From contig JBFXEQ010000008.1 in NCBI GenBank assembly GCA_050179935.1, positions 30,905 through 94,904 on the forward strand: 64,000 nt of DNA. Direction: 5' to 3'. The stretch's first letter is position 1. Every line of letters begins with the position of its first letter. A model generated the notes under the pieces. It was not told the origin of the DNA and did not search any database. It worked only from the letters and a program-made list of their open reading frames with translations. The DNA comes from Bacteroidales bacterium. Lineage in GTDB: Bacteria > Bacteroidota > Bacteroidia > Bacteroidales > UBA12077. The translations under genes and the position numbers were made by a program. Shown piece after piece: positions 8,932 to 19,571 of the stretch.

Positions 8932-11010
8932 TTACTTACTAAGAACTTTAAACTCAACCCTTCGGTTTTGTGCACGACCATCAGGAGTAGAATTATCAGC
9001 AACCGGCTGATTAAATGAATAGCCTTTGTATTCCAATCTTGATTTTTCTATTCCTCTGCCAATGAGGTATTCAACTACGCTTTTTGCTCTTGATTCTGAT
9101 AATTTAAGGTTTGCCTGATATCCACCAATATTATCAGTATGTCCAGAAATTTCGAGGCGAATTGTGGTATTATCTGTTAAAAGTTTAAGAACACGTTCCA
9201 ATTCGGCATATGACTCAGATTTTAGAGTAGCTTTGTTGGTTTCGAAGAAAATATTATTTAAAATAACTTTTGCTCCAACTTCAACTTTATCGAGTTGAAA
9301 GTTAGCTTGAATTTTACTCTCTACAATTTTCTTATCTATTAAAGAAACCAGCTTTACATAAAATAAATAATCTTTTGCAGTTATTTCAACACCATAATCT
9401 TTATGTTGATTAATTTTAACCTTATAATTTCCCAAAGAATCAGATATACCTGTAGCTATAATTTTACTCTGTTCCATATCAATCACTTCTATTTTGGCTG
9501 AGATTGGATTACCTGATTTTGAATCAGTAATCAAACCAACCATATAAAGTGCTGTATCCATTTTTAGTTCTAATGGTTTGGAATAAAACAAATAATAATC
9601 TGGTTTATAATTCCATGCAAGCAATTCACTCCTTGTACCCATTTTAAGCTCTTTTTCTTCACCCAGAAAAACTATTTTATAAATATCCAGAGCACCAACA
9701 CCATTTTCGCGAATTGAAGAATAATAAGCTTGTTTTTCGTTTTCTTCAATCTTAAAGAAAACTTCGTCATTTGGTGTATTTATAGGGTAACCAAGATTTT
9801 TTGGTTCACCCCAATTCCCTTCTGAATCTTTTTCTGAAACAAAAACATCGTATCCACCCATTGAATTATGGCCTTTGGAGCTAAAATAAAGTTTGTCGCC
9901 TTTAGGACTAAGAAAAACACCCTCTTCATTAAACTGTGTATTAATTTTTGGTCCAAGGTTAAATGGTTCCGACCACTTTTCGTTTTCATTTAGCACACAA
10001 TAATAAATATCCATACCTCCTAGAGTTGATTCGTACCTGTCGGAAACGATATACATTTCTCTTCCATCCTTACTAATAGACATTGTAGTTTCGGCATACT
10101 TACTCGATATTTTACCTGGAACTTTACCAGGTGATTTCCAGCCACCTTCTTTTAGCTCGCTAACAAGAATATCACCACCATCTTCTTTACCGTTATAAAC
10201 AAAGATTTTATTACCATCAGCAGAGAATGCAAGCACAGACTCATTATTTTTTGAGTCGATTCTATCCTCAACTAATTTGGCAGATAACCAGATGTCCGAG
10301 CTTTGTTCTGAAACAAAAATATTCTCAAAATATTTATAATCCTCGTCATATCTCTTATCCTTTTCTTCTATTGGTCTTCTTGAGGTAAAATACAATTGAT
10401 TTTGGTTTGGATGTAACACAGGATTATAATCATCATATTTAGAATTAACTTTGTCGCCAATATTTGTAATAATGACTCTTGCAGGATTGCTTACTAAATC
10501 CTTACCATATTTGCACTCTTTAATAAGTTTATCAACGTTTGCTTTAATCTCATCCATATTATTCTCTGTAAATAAGGCATAATAGGATTTATAATGATTA
10601 ATTGCTTTATCAAAATCTAAATTTAACTGATAGGAACGTCCTAATAATAAATGAATGTCTTGGGCTATTTTTTCGTTTTTACTATATGCTTTAAGTAAAA
10701 ATTCAGTTGAGTTTTTAAACTTATCAGAAACAAGGTAACAAACACCAATCTTATAATTTAATGCAGCACAATCGGAGTTATATTTATAGGCTCTTAAAAA
10801 ATAATATAGAGCATCGGGCAATGCACCAATACCTTGTTCATAAAGCTTATCTCCTTTTTTGGCATCATCCCAGGCCTCTTCAAAACCAGTTTCTTTATGT
10901 TCGATATTAAAATCACTCTTTTTGATTTCAATATTTTCCTGTGCTATTGAATAAAATCCAATATTAGCAACAACCATAAGGGTTAAAAGAGTATTTTTTA
11001 TAAATTTCAT
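8932..11010 (-). CDS. OmpA-family envelope protein with N-terminal TPR, central TolB-like beta-propeller repeats and C-terminal OmpA domain
   Basis: 692 aa with a signal peptide. Contains repeated LYFSS/IYFTS-type WD40-like (PD40) motifs. The C-terminus (NIFFETNKATLKSES, GHTDNIGG, NLKLSESRAKSV, NRRVEFKV) is a classical OmpA_C peptidoglycan-binding domain. Confidence 0.8.
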   Translation of the reverse strand: MKFIKNTLLTLMVVANIGFYSIAQENIEIKKSDFNIEHKETGFEEAWDDAKKGDKLYEQGIGALPDALYYFLRAYKYNSDCAALNYKIGVCYLVSDKFKNSTEFLLKAYSKNEKIAQDIHLLLGRSYQLNLDFDKAINHYKSYYALFTENNMDEIKANVDKLIKECKYGKDLVSNPARVIITNIGDKVNSKYDDYNPVLHPNQNQLYFTSRRPIEEKDKRYDEDYKYFENIFVSEQSSDIWLSAKLVEDRIDSKNNESVLAFSADGNKIFVYNGKEDGGDILVSELKEGGWKSPGKVPGKISSKYAETTMSISKDGREMYIVSDRYESTLGGMDIYYCVLNENEKWSEPFNLGPKINTQFNEEGVFLSPKGDKLYFSSKGHNSMGGYDVFVSEKDSEGNWGEPKNLGYPINTPNDEVFFKIEENEKQAYYSSIRENGVGALDIYKIVFLGEEKELKMGTRSELLAWNYKPDYYLFYSKPLELKMDTALYMVGLITDSKSGNPISAKIEVIDMEQSKIIATGISDSLGNYKVKINQHKDYGVEITAKDYLFYVKLVSLIDKKIVESKIQANFQLDKVEVGAKVILNNIFFETNKATLKSESYAELERVLKLLTDNTTIRLEISGHTDNIGGYQANLKLSESRAKSVVEYLIGRGIEKSRLEYKGYSFNQPVADNSTPDGRAQNRRVEFKVLSK

Positions 11011-11025
11011 GTATATCTGTTTTAA

Positions 11026-12075
11026 TTATTCACATTCGTTCATATACTTCTCAGCATCATTCAGACCAAGCTCTTTAGCTTTTTTCCAATCGGTGCAAGC
11101 TTCATTAAATTTACCTAAAAACTCCTGAGCATAGCCTCTGTTAAGAAATGCCTCCGCATATTTGGGATTAAGCTCAATTGCTTTGGTTAAGTTTTTTACA
11201 GCAGTTATATAATTTTGCATTTTAACATTGGTAATTCCTAAATTATTATGTGCCTCTGCATAGTCTTTTTTAATTTCTATAACTTTGTTAAAATCATTCA
11301 TGGCAGCTTCGTAATTAGCCATTTGGTAATAAGCAATGCCTCGGTTATTAATAGCTAAATAATATTTTGGATTTAGCTGAATTGCTTTTGAATAGTCTTC
11401 TATTGCTCCTTTAAAATCACCTAACTTAATTTTACAGCTACCCATATTATCAAAAGCAGTAATTAATTCGGAGTTAAGCTTAAGTGCCTGATTATAATCA
11501 TTTATAGCTCCCTGATAATCATTCAACATTTTTTTTGAGCTTGCTCTTTCGTGATATGCATAGGTAAAATTTGGGTTTTTATCAATAGCCATGGTAAAAT
11601 CAATCATGGCATTGGTATAATCTTCTAATACAAAATTTACCAACCCTCTGTAATAATATGCTTCGGGGTTTACAAAACCTTTTTGAATTGCTTTATTTAA
11701 ATTGCTGTAAGCCGATTTATAATTTTTATCGATATACTCCAAAAAACCCATGCAATAATAAGCTTCAGCAAGTTGATCATTAAGTTCTATAGCTATGTTT
11801 ATATCTTTTTTAGCAAGGTCAAACTGACTATTTCTGATTTTTATCTTTCCTCTTTCGAGATATGGGAGATCAAATTCGGGAAAAATAAAAAGCGCCTCAT
11901 CAAACTTTAAATGAGCTTTGGTATAATCATCAGATTCAATAAGCTTTACACCTTCGTTATAAAGTAATTGAGCTTTTTTCTTGATTTCTTGTTGTGTGCC
12001 TGATAAATTATCATTAGTTTGAGCATACAAGTAACCCGATATGATTATTAATATAACTGTAAATAATTGTTTCAT
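11026..12075 (-). CDS. Tetratricopeptide-repeat protein (secreted)
   Basis: 349 aa with a signal peptide. Contains about 8 consecutive 34-aa repeats with the A-x-x-x-Y/F-x-x-A-I-x-L-N-P pattern. Confidence 0.8.
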   Translation of the reverse strand: MKQLFTVILIIISGYLYAQTNDNLSGTQQEIKKKAQLLYNEGVKLIESDDYTKAHLKFDEALFIFPEFDLPYLERGKIKIRNSQFDLAKKDINIAIELNDQLAEAYYCMGFLEYIDKNYKSAYSNLNKAIQKGFVNPEAYYYRGLVNFVLEDYTNAMIDFTMAIDKNPNFTYAYHERASSKKMLNDYQGAINDYNQALKLNSELITAFDNMGSCKIKLGDFKGAIEDYSKAIQLNPKYYLAINNRGIAYYQMANYEAAMNDFNKVIEIKKDYAEAHNNLGITNVKMQNYITAVKNLTKAIELNPKYAEAFLNRGYAQEFLGKFNEACTDWKKAKELGLNDAEKYMNECE

Positions 12076-12254
12076 AAGTAAAGTATATGAGCGTTTAAAA
12101 TAATGATTAATTCTTACGTATTTTTAATAAAAATAATTTAAGTTTATAAAATCTTATTGTAAAAATAAAAAATTTAAACTCATTATTGACCATTTAACAA
12201 AATGAATTTACAATAATTAGGGTAAAATGATTTATTTTGTTAGAAATTGCAAGT

Positions 12255-12614
12255 ATGAAAAAAGAATGGAAAATAATAGATGTTTCTTATTTAAACTCAA
12301 TCAGTAATAGCGACAATAAATTTATCAATGAACTGATTGATATATTCCTAGAACAAATACCTGATTACCAAGACAGATTAGTTAGCTTACATAAAGAAAA
12401 TGACTTTGAAAACCTTGCCAGAATAGCACATAAAGCCAAATCAGCTATTATAATGATGGGGATGAATGAGCTTGCATCGGATTTAAAAAAATTAGAAGAA
12501 AATGCAAAAGAGAAAAAAAATATTGGCGATTATCACGAAATAATTGTTAAATTTGTAAATGACACAAATTCTGCAATTTCAGAATTAAAAGAACTTAAAG
12601 AAACAATCAAATAA
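12255..12614 (+). CDS. Stand-alone Hpt (histidine phosphotransfer) domain protein
   Basis: RIAHKAKSAIIMMGM contains the HK-x-K-S phospho-His motif. The ORF track begins at a TTG (12237); the first ATG at 12255 is preferred. Confidence 0.65.
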   Translation: MKKEWKIIDVSYLNSISNSDNKFINELIDIFLEQIPDYQDRLVSLHKENDFENLARIAHKAKSAIIMMGMNELASDLKKLEENAKEKKNIGDYHEIIVKFVNDTNSAISELKELKETIK

Positions 12615-12636
12615 TATTAACCAAAATCAGTGATCT

Positions 12637-12975
12637 ATGTTAAAACACGAATCCAAAAACGGTGTTGAAGTATTAGCTTTCGATAATATCAATAAGCTGA
12701 ATATTTTAATTGCTCAATCACTTAAAGAAGAGGTAGCTCAATATTTATCAAAACCAAATACAAAATTGATTTTAAATCTAAAAGGTATTGAATATGTTGA
12801 CAGTTCTGGTTTTGGGGCACTACTTTCAATTCTAAGGAATGCAAAAAACAATGATAGTCAGTTTAAAATCTGCAATATATCAAAAGATGTAATGGAATTA
12901 GTTAAATTATTGCAGTTACATAATGTTTTTGATATCTGCGATGATGTTTCGGACTGCTTAAAAAATTTCGAATAG
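12637..12975 (+). CDS. STAS-domain anti-sigma-factor antagonist
   Basis: 112 aa. YVDSSGFGALLS (phosphorylatable Ser region) is typical of the SpoIIAA/RsbV family. Confidence 0.8.
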   Translation: MLKHESKNGVEVLAFDNINKLNILIAQSLKEEVAQYLSKPNTKLILNLKGIEYVDSSGFGALLSILRNAKNNDSQFKICNISKDVMELVKLLQLHNVFDICDDVSDCLKNFE

Positions 12976-13003
12976 AAAAAAACCGGCCCAGGCCGGTTTT
13001 TTA
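12975..13003. terminator. Bidirectional rho-independent terminator (STAS gene / clpB)
   Basis: Stem ACCGGC (12982-12987) / GCCGGT (12992-12997), loop CCAG. An A7 run precedes it and a T6 run follows. Confidence 0.7.
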
Positions 13004-15592
13004 TTTATTAATAAATATAAGCTTTTCTCCCTGCTTATCAATCCAAATAGTTTTATCTTTAGAAATGGTATTGGCCAAGATCTGTTTTGAAAGTTCGTTC
13101 AACACCAATCGCTGCATATTACGTTTAACAGGCCTTGCCCCATAATGAGGATCAAAGCTGATATCAGCAAGCCATTCGATTGCATTGTACTTCATCTCTA
13201 TTGAGATATTTTGCAATTTAAGCATCGCTTTTACCATATCAAACTGCAATTTTACTATATCTACTACTTCTGATTTTGTTAAAGGCGTAAACATTACAAT
13301 CTCATCAACTCTGTTAATAAATTCGGGACGTATGGTTTGCTTTAACAATGTTAAAACCTCAGACTTTGTATCCTCAATAATTTCTTCCCTATTTTTTTCA
13401 TTCATTTTCTGAATACCTTCCTGAATAATATGTGAACCAATATTTGATGTCATTATTACTATGGTATTCTTGAAGTTTACCGTTCGGCCTTTATTATCAG
13501 TTAACCGACCATCGTCAAGAACCTGAAGCAAAATATTAAAGACATCGGGATGCGCTTTTTCGATTTCATCGAGTAAAATAACTGAATAGGGTTTTCGTCG
13601 TACAGCTTCTGTTAACTGTCCGCCTTCATCATAGCCGACATATCCGGGAGGAGCACCAACCAAACGTGATACAGAATGTCGTTCCTGATATTCAGACATA
13701 TCAATACGTGTAATCATATTTTCATTATCGAACAGAAAATCAGCCAATGCTTTTGCTAACTCTGTTTTTCCGACACCAGTAGTTCCTAAAAAAATAAAAG
13801 AGCCAATTGGTCGTTTTGTATCCTGCAAACCTGCTCTGCTACGTCGTACAGCATCGGAAACAGCTGTAATTGCTTCATCCTGTCCAATTACCCTCTTATG
13901 TAATTCTGATTCAAGATTAAGTAGTTTTTCGCGTTCGCTTTGCAACATCCTGCTTACCGGAATACCTGTCCACTTAGCTACAATCTCAGCAATATCATCG
14001 CTGTTTACCTCTTCGTTAATCATAGCCGAATCTTTTTGAATCTCATGTAATTCACCTTTTAAAGCATTCACTTTGTTTTCCAGCTCTTTTATTTTTCCAT
14101 AGCGCAACTCTGCTACTTTACCATAATTACCTTCGCGTTCGGCTTGGTCAGCATCGAGTTTTGAATGTTCGATATTTTCTTTTAATTCCTGAATTTGATT
14201 AGCTAGATTTTTTTCGTTTTGCCACTTTGCTCGTAGCTTGTTTCTTTCGTCAGATAAATTCGCAATCTGCTCACTCAGTTCACCAACTTTCCTCTTATCT
14301 CCTTCTCTTTTGATCGCTTCGCGTTCTATTTCAAGCTGCTTTATGTGTCTTTCAATTTCGTCAATATTTTCAGGAACAGAATTCATTTCGAGTCGAAGTT
14401 TTGATGCAGCTTCATCGATCAAATCAATAGCTTTATCGGGTAAAAAACGATCGGAGATATATCGTTGAGAAAGCTCAACAGCAGCAATTATTGCATCATC
14501 TAAAATACGCACTTTATGATGCGACTCATAGCGTTCTTTTAATCCTCGCAGAATTGAAATTGCACTCAGTGTATCGGGTTCATCGACCATAACCTTTTGG
14601 AATCGTCGTTCCAAGGCTTTATCATTCTCAAAGTACTTTTGATACTCATTTAATGTAGTAGCACCAATAGCTCTGAGTTCGCCACGAGCCAATGCTGGTT
14701 TAAGAATATTTGCAGCATCCATAGCACCTTCAGATTTACCTGCTCCAACTAAGGTATGAATCTCATCAATAAAAAGAATTATATCACCATCGGATGAAAT
14801 AACCTCGTTTACCACTGATTTTAAGCGTTCCTCGAATTCACCTTTATATTTTGCTCCAGCAATAAGTGCTCCCATATCCAAAGCATAAACCTCCTTGTTT
14901 TTTAGGTTCTCAGGAATGTCGCCGCTCAAAATACGATGCGCAATACCTTCGGCAATAGCTGTTTTACCAACACCAGGCTCACCAATCAATATAGGATTAT
15001 TTTTTGTTCTACGTGATAAAATCTGAAGTACACGACGAATCTCATCATCGCGACCAATTACAGGATCAAGTTTTCCCGCTCTTGCCTGCTCAATTAAATT
15101 AATTGCAAATCGATTTAAGGAGTTGAAAGTATCCTCAGCGGTCTGACTTTTTACATTCGAACCTTTTCGTAAATCATGAATAGCGAGCTTAAGGCCTTTT
15201 TCTGAGATTCCGTTATCTTTCATTAGTTGCGATACAGCGTCGCCAGAAGATAAAATACCCAACAGGATATGTTCGATGGAAACAAACTGATCACCCATTT
15301 CTTTTGAAAAAGCCAATGCTTTTTGCAAGGATTTATTTGCTGTATTAGATAAATACGGCTCTCCACCAGAAACTTTGGGATAAGAAAGAATAATCTTATC
15401 TATAGTTTTTTGAAAGATTATTAAATCAACATTTAGTTTTTTAAATAAAAATGCTGATATATTCTCTCCTTCAGAGAAGATACTCTTTACCAAATGTGCA
15501 TTCTCAACTGCTTGCTGTTGATTGCCTTGTGCAATGTTAAATGCTTGCTGAATTGCTTCCTGCGATTTTATTGTAAAATTTTCTGTTTTCAT
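13001..15592 (-). CDS. clpB: ATP-dependent chaperone ClpB
   Basis: Two AAA+ modules with Walker A GEPGVGKT and GTTGVGKT. It also has a long coiled-coil M-domain and the Clp N-domain. The start is set at the ATG 15592 ([17 protein letters not shown]); the ORF-track extension to 15673 begins with TTG and is non-homologous. Confidence 0.9.
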   Translation of the reverse strand: MKTENFTIKSQEAIQQAFNIAQGNQQQAVENAHLVKSIFSEGENISAFLFKKLNVDLIIFQKTIDKIILSYPKVSGGEPYLSNTANKSLQKALAFSKEMGDQFVSIEHILLGILSSGDAVSQLMKDNGISEKGLKLAIHDLRKGSNVKSQTAEDTFNSLNRFAINLIEQARAGKLDPVIGRDDEIRRVLQILSRRTKNNPILIGEPGVGKTAIAEGIAHRILSGDIPENLKNKEVYALDMGALIAGAKYKGEFEERLKSVVNEVISSDGDIILFIDEIHTLVGAGKSEGAMDAANILKPALARGELRAIGATTLNEYQKYFENDKALERRFQKVMVDEPDTLSAISILRGLKERYESHHKVRILDDAIIAAVELSQRYISDRFLPDKAIDLIDEAASKLRLEMNSVPENIDEIERHIKQLEIEREAIKREGDKRKVGELSEQIANLSDERNKLRAKWQNEKNLANQIQELKENIEHSKLDADQAEREGNYGKVAELRYGKIKELENKVNALKGELHEIQKDSAMINEEVNSDDIAEIVAKWTGIPVSRMLQSEREKLLNLESELHKRVIGQDEAITAVSDAVRRSRAGLQDTKRPIGSFIFLGTTGVGKTELAKALADFLFDNENMITRIDMSEYQERHSVSRLVGAPPGYVGYDEGGQLTEAVRRKPYSVILLDEIEKAHPDVFNILLQVLDDGRLTDNKGRTVNFKNTIVIMTSNIGSHIIQEGIQKMNEKNREEIIEDTKSEVLTLLKQTIRPEFINRVDEIVMFTPLTKSEVVDIVKLQFDMVKAMLKLQNISIEMKYNAIEWLADISFDPHYGARPVKRNMQRLVLNELSKQILANTISKDKTIWIDKQGEKLIFINK

Positions 15593-15777
15593 TTCTAAAG
15601 ATTTATCTAATAAATCTCTCTTCAAAAAAATTGCCAACTTAAATTTAAGCCAAAATGTCTTTAAAATCAACAATTACGTGGCCAAAATGGCAGTCAAAGT
15701 GTACTTTGAGCTTTATGAGTAAATTTCTTTCTTTATAGAAATCATTAAACTTTTATAACTTCGCAAAAATTCAATGA

Positions 15778-16563
15778 ATGAAACACTATTTGTTGCATAT
15801 GAAAATCCTTGAAATAATTAAGGATAATTGTGAAATAGAAATTACATATAATAATAAAAAAACACGTATATATTTTTCATCTTCATTAAAAGAATTACGA
15901 TTTACAGAAGAAGACCAACTTACAAGCTTTTTAAAACCAAAAGAATTTCAGCTCCGTAAAATTTTGCATAACAAACAAGCAGAAACCTTTTTTGTAGGTT
16001 TTGAGTTAAACTTTGTTTTACAGGAAAAGCTTTTCGATCCATCGTTTTATGATAGAAAGAAAGTTACAGTGCTTAACAATTTAAAAAATACCTATTTAGT
16101 AAAAAAGAAAAAATACAAATCAAAAAAAATTGTTGAAGTTTATACTGATGGATCATTTTTAAAAGAAAAGAAATCGGGTGGATTTGCCATATTAATAAGA
16201 CCAATTGCTGAAGAACCAGTATTACATTCGTTTAGAACCAAGAAAAAAGGAAGTAACCTTATTGAACTTTTAGCTGTTATTAAGGGTTTAGAATTACTAA
16301 GGAGTGAGAATAAACTTTGCATCTTAACCGACAGTCAATATGTAATAAAAGGAATCACAGAGTGGATCCCTATTTGGATTATAAATAACTGGTACACAGC
16401 TAATGGCACCAAAGCAAAAAGTTTAAATGCATGGAAAAAAGCATATAAACTGGTACAAGGAAAATATATCGAATTTGTATGGATTAAAGCTCATACCAAT
16501 CATCCCGAAAACACTTTATGTGATATAAGAGCCAAGCAAATAGCAAATTATAATATAAAATGA
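15778..16563 (+). CDS. rnhA: Ribonuclease HI with an unrecognised ~120-aa N-terminal extension
   Basis: The C-terminal ~140 aa carries the DEDD set: VYTDGS, ELLAVIKGLE, ILTDSQYV, and KAHTNHPENTLCDIRAK. The N-terminal region has no motif I recognise. Confidence 0.75.
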   Translation: MKHYLLHMKILEIIKDNCEIEITYNNKKTRIYFSSSLKELRFTEEDQLTSFLKPKEFQLRKILHNKQAETFFVGFELNFVLQEKLFDPSFYDRKKVTVLNNLKNTYLVKKKKYKSKKIVEVYTDGSFLKEKKSGGFAILIRPIAEEPVLHSFRTKKKGSNLIELLAVIKGLELLRSENKLCILTDSQYVIKGITEWIPIWIINNWYTANGTKAKSLNAWKKAYKLVQGKYIEFVWIKAHTNHPENTLCDIRAKQIANYNIK

Positions 16564-17129
16564 AAAAAATAAGTAAACAACCCATGACCCTCATTTATCC
16601 TGTTCCAGCATTTATGGTAAGTTGCGGAGTAAATGAACAGGAATTTAACATCATATCCATTGCATGGACAGGTACTATTTGTTCAACTCCACCAATGTGT
16701 TATATTTCGATACGTCCAGAAAGACATTCGTATGAGATAATTAAGCGAACAGGAGAATTTGTAATTAATTACACCACAAAAGAACTTGTATTTGCCATGG
16801 ATTGGTGTGGCCGAAACTCTGGAAAAGATCATAAAAAATTTAAAGAGATGAATCTTACTCCAGCTAAAGCAGAAAAAGTATCGTGCCCGGTAATTAATGA
16901 ATCGCCTGTAAATATTGAATGTAAAGTAACAGAGATTATCACGTTAGGTTCGCATGATATGTTTATTGCAGAAGTATTAAATATTCAGGTAGCTGAAAAT
17001 TATTTAAATCCAAAATCCGGAACAATTAATATTCAAAACAATGAGTTAATAGCCTATTCACAAGGCAATTATCTTGATCTTGGTAAAATCATCGAACAAT
17101 CAGGATTCTCGATAAAAAATAAACAATAA
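16560..17129 (+). CDS. Flavin reductase-like domain protein
   Basis: 189 aa. The pattern NIISIAWTGTICSTPPMCYISIRPERHSYEII is typical of the flavin_reduct family. Its start overlaps the rnhA stop by 4 nt (ATGA). Confidence 0.75.
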   Translation: MKKISKQPMTLIYPVPAFMVSCGVNEQEFNIISIAWTGTICSTPPMCYISIRPERHSYEIIKRTGEFVINYTTKELVFAMDWCGRNSGKDHKKFKEMNLTPAKAEKVSCPVINESPVNIECKVTEIITLGSHDMFIAEVLNIQVAENYLNPKSGTINIQNNELIAYSQGNYLDLGKIIEQSGFSIKNKQ

Positions 17130-17135
17130 TTCTTC

Positions 17136-17143
17136 TATCTTTG
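17136..17143 (+). promoter_or_regulatory. -7 promoter box (TATCTTTG)
   Basis: Exact TAnnTTTG match, 29 nt upstream of the ATG at 17172. Confidence 0.3.
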
Positions 17144-17171
17144 TTCACGTTTTCAAAATTATAAAAACTTA

Positions 17172-19526
17172 ATGAAGAGATATTTATTCAGTTTTGTACT
17201 GTTAATTATAAGCTGTACTTATACAATTGCACAAACAAAACCCAAATTAACACAAACCATACGAGGTGTTGTTATTGATAAAGAAACACAAGTTCCAGTT
17301 CCTGGAGTTAATATTGTTGTTGTTAATACCAATCCACAAAAAGGAACTGTAACAAATGAGAATGGATTATTTAGGCTAGAAAATGTGGAAATTGGAAGAC
17401 AGGCATTGCAGGTTAGTTCAGTAGGATATAAAACCCAATCATTCGACAATATTGTGCTTGTATCTGCAAAGGAAACTGTTATGCGCATTGAGCTAGAAGG
17501 TTCTGTTACTTCACTTGATGAAGTGGTTGTAAAAGCAAATGCACGAAAAGATCAGTCAATAAATAAGATGGCAACAATAAGCGCCCGCTCTTTTACTGTT
17601 GATGAAACCAGTCGTTATCCGGGTAGTTATGGCGATCCAGCACGTATGGCAGCGAACTATGCAGGCGTTATGTCGGTTAGAGATAACCGAAACGATATTG
17701 TTATACGAGGCAATTCATCCACAGGATTATTATGGAGGCTAGATGGCGTTGAAATTCCGAATCCAAATCATTTCGCTGCCTCGGGAACAACAGGCGGACC
17801 AATTACCATTTTAAACAATAACCTTTTAACCAATTCTGATTTTCTTACCGGGGCATTCCCTGCCGAATACGGAAATGCGCTAGCCGGTGTTTTTGATTTA
17901 AAAATGCGAACAGGTAATAACGAAAAACGAGAGTATTGGCTCGAGCTGGGTTATAATGGGCTGGAATTTGGAACTGAAGGACCTTTTTCTTCAAACAATA
18001 AAGCATCTTATCTTATTGCATACCGCTATTCGATGGTTGATATTCTTGATTTATTAGGCGCAGAGGTTGAAACAACAAAATATCAGGATTTAACAGTTAA
18101 ACTAAATTTCCCTACATCAAAAGGCAGATGGACACTTTTAGGCATTGGAGGAACAAGTTATATTGAGATGTTTGATTCGAATGATAAACAAAGTGACTGG
18201 ACATTTGATGAATGGGGCGAAGATTTGAGTAACGGATCTCAAATTGGAGCTTTATCATTAACAAACCTACAATTTTTATCAAGTAATACACGTATTCAAA
18301 CATCCGTTTCACTGCAAGGTTCTGAAGTAACTACAAAAATTGATACATTTAATTTAGCCAATCAATCTCCTTTTTTATGGGCTGGTGAAAAATCAACTGA
18401 GGTAAAAGCAAGTATTGGATCGCAACTAAATACAAAACTAAATTCCAAAAACAATTTAAGCCTAGGTTTTATTCTTGATCGCTACTACATCAATTTCGCA
18501 GATAGTAGTATTTCTAATGGTATTTACGATATTGATACTGATATAAAAGATGCCTTTAATCTATATCAGCTTTATACTCAGCTTAAACATAAATTTACCG
18601 ACAATACTGAGTTATATTTAGGTTTACATGGGCAATTCCTGGACTTAAACAATACATACGCAATTGAACCAAGAATGGGATTCAGTTGGGATATCAATGA
18701 AAAAAACACAGTAAAACTTGGCTATGGCTTGCATGCACAAATGCAACTCAGAGCTGTTTATTTTGCCCAAACGAAATTAACATCAGGTGAATATATTACA
18801 ACCAACAAAAACCTTGATTTCTCAAAGAGTCACCAGATCGTTTTGGGTTATGATCATTTATTCAACGAATCACTGCGATTTAAGTTTGAAACCTATTATC
18901 AGTATTTATATGATATACCGGTAAAACAAACACTCCCTCAATATTCTGTTTTAAATTTTGGGGCTGAATATTTTATTGAAAGAATTGACAGCTTAGAAAA
19001 TAAAGGAACTGGAGAGAATTATGGAATTGAACTCACACTTGAACGATTTTTAAAGAACGATTTTTATTTTCTGATTACTGCTTCATTATATAACTCTACC
19101 TACACCGGATACGATAAAATTGAGCGAAATACAGCATTTAACGGGCAGTTCGCATTTAATGCACTTGCAGGATACGAAATAAAAGTATATACTAACAATA
19201 TAATAAGTCTTGGACTAAGAACATCTTATGCCGGTGGTCGTCCGTACGTTCCTTTTGATGTGGACCAAACCCTCACACAAGGACAGGAAGTACTCGACTG
19301 GGATAATGCATATACTCTAAGACCAAGTAATTATTTCAGAGTAAACCTGCGTGTAGGTTATAAACGAAACCGTAAAAAGTTTAGCATTGAATATGCCATG
19401 GATTTGCAATATCGCACAAACTACACCAGTGTTTACGAAAGAAGAATTGACCCTACTAATGGAAAAGTTTATAATAATTATGAAATGGCACTTTATCCAA
19501 TGGCTTTATGGAGAATCCAGTTCTAA
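17172..19526 (+). CDS. TonB-dependent-receptor-like outer-membrane protein with CarboxypepD_reg N-terminal domain
   Basis: 784 aa with a signal peptide. IRGVVIDKETQVPVPGVNIVVVN...GLFRLENV is the carboxypeptidase-regulatory-like fold. This is followed by a plug-like region and a long beta-barrel ending in the aromatic terminal residue WRIQF. Confidence 0.75.
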   Translation: MKRYLFSFVLLIISCTYTIAQTKPKLTQTIRGVVIDKETQVPVPGVNIVVVNTNPQKGTVTNENGLFRLENVEIGRQALQVSSVGYKTQSFDNIVLVSAKETVMRIELEGSVTSLDEVVVKANARKDQSINKMATISARSFTVDETSRYPGSYGDPARMAANYAGVMSVRDNRNDIVIRGNSSTGLLWRLDGVEIPNPNHFAASGTTGGPITILNNNLLTNSDFLTGAFPAEYGNALAGVFDLKMRTGNNEKREYWLELGYNGLEFGTEGPFSSNNKASYLIAYRYSMVDILDLLGAEVETTKYQDLTVKLNFPTSKGRWTLLGIGGTSYIEMFDSNDKQSDWTFDEWGEDLSNGSQIGALSLTNLQFLSSNTRIQTSVSLQGSEVTTKIDTFNLANQSPFLWAGEKSTEVKASIGSQLNTKLNSKNNLSLGFILDRYYINFADSSISNGIYDIDTDIKDAFNLYQLYTQLKHKFTDNTELYLGLHGQFLDLNNTYAIEPRMGFSWDINEKNTVKLGYGLHAQMQLRAVYFAQTKLTSGEYITTNKNLDFSKSHQIVLGYDHLFNESLRFKFETYYQYLYDIPVKQTLPQYSVLNFGAEYFIERIDSLENKGTGENYGIELTLERFLKNDFYFLITASLYNSTYTGYDKIERNTAFNGQFAFNALAGYEIKVYTNNIISLGLRTSYAGGRPYVPFDVDQTLTQGQEVLDWDNAYTLRPSNYFRVNLRVGYKRNRKKFSIEYAMDLQYRTNYTSVYERRIDPTNGKVYNNYEMALYPMALWRIQF

Positions 19527-19571
19527 ATAATTCTGCATTGAAATTAAAAGATAATTGCTTAAGATTTTAAG

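Noticed and set aside
12237-12254. TTG-initiated 6-codon extension of the Hpt gene. The TTG starts at 45470 (marR) and 21361 (small membrane protein) are similar cases.
   Set aside because: In-frame ATG codons shortly downstream give better-supported starts: a -7 box at the proper distance for marR, and no overlap with the upstream gene for 21430.
12255-12975. Hpt plus STAS gene pair as a novel partner-switching or phosphorelay system.
   Set aside because: There are only two small, common signalling domains. No kinase, phosphatase, sigma or anti-sigma factor lies in the window. This is insufficient to propose a system.
15593-15673. 27-codon N-terminal extension of clpB in the ORF track (start at 15673).
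   Set aside because: It begins with TTG, is hydrophobic and basic, and is unlike the ClpB N-domain. The ATG at 15592 gives the conserved start [17 protein letters not shown] and a typical ~866-aa ClpB.
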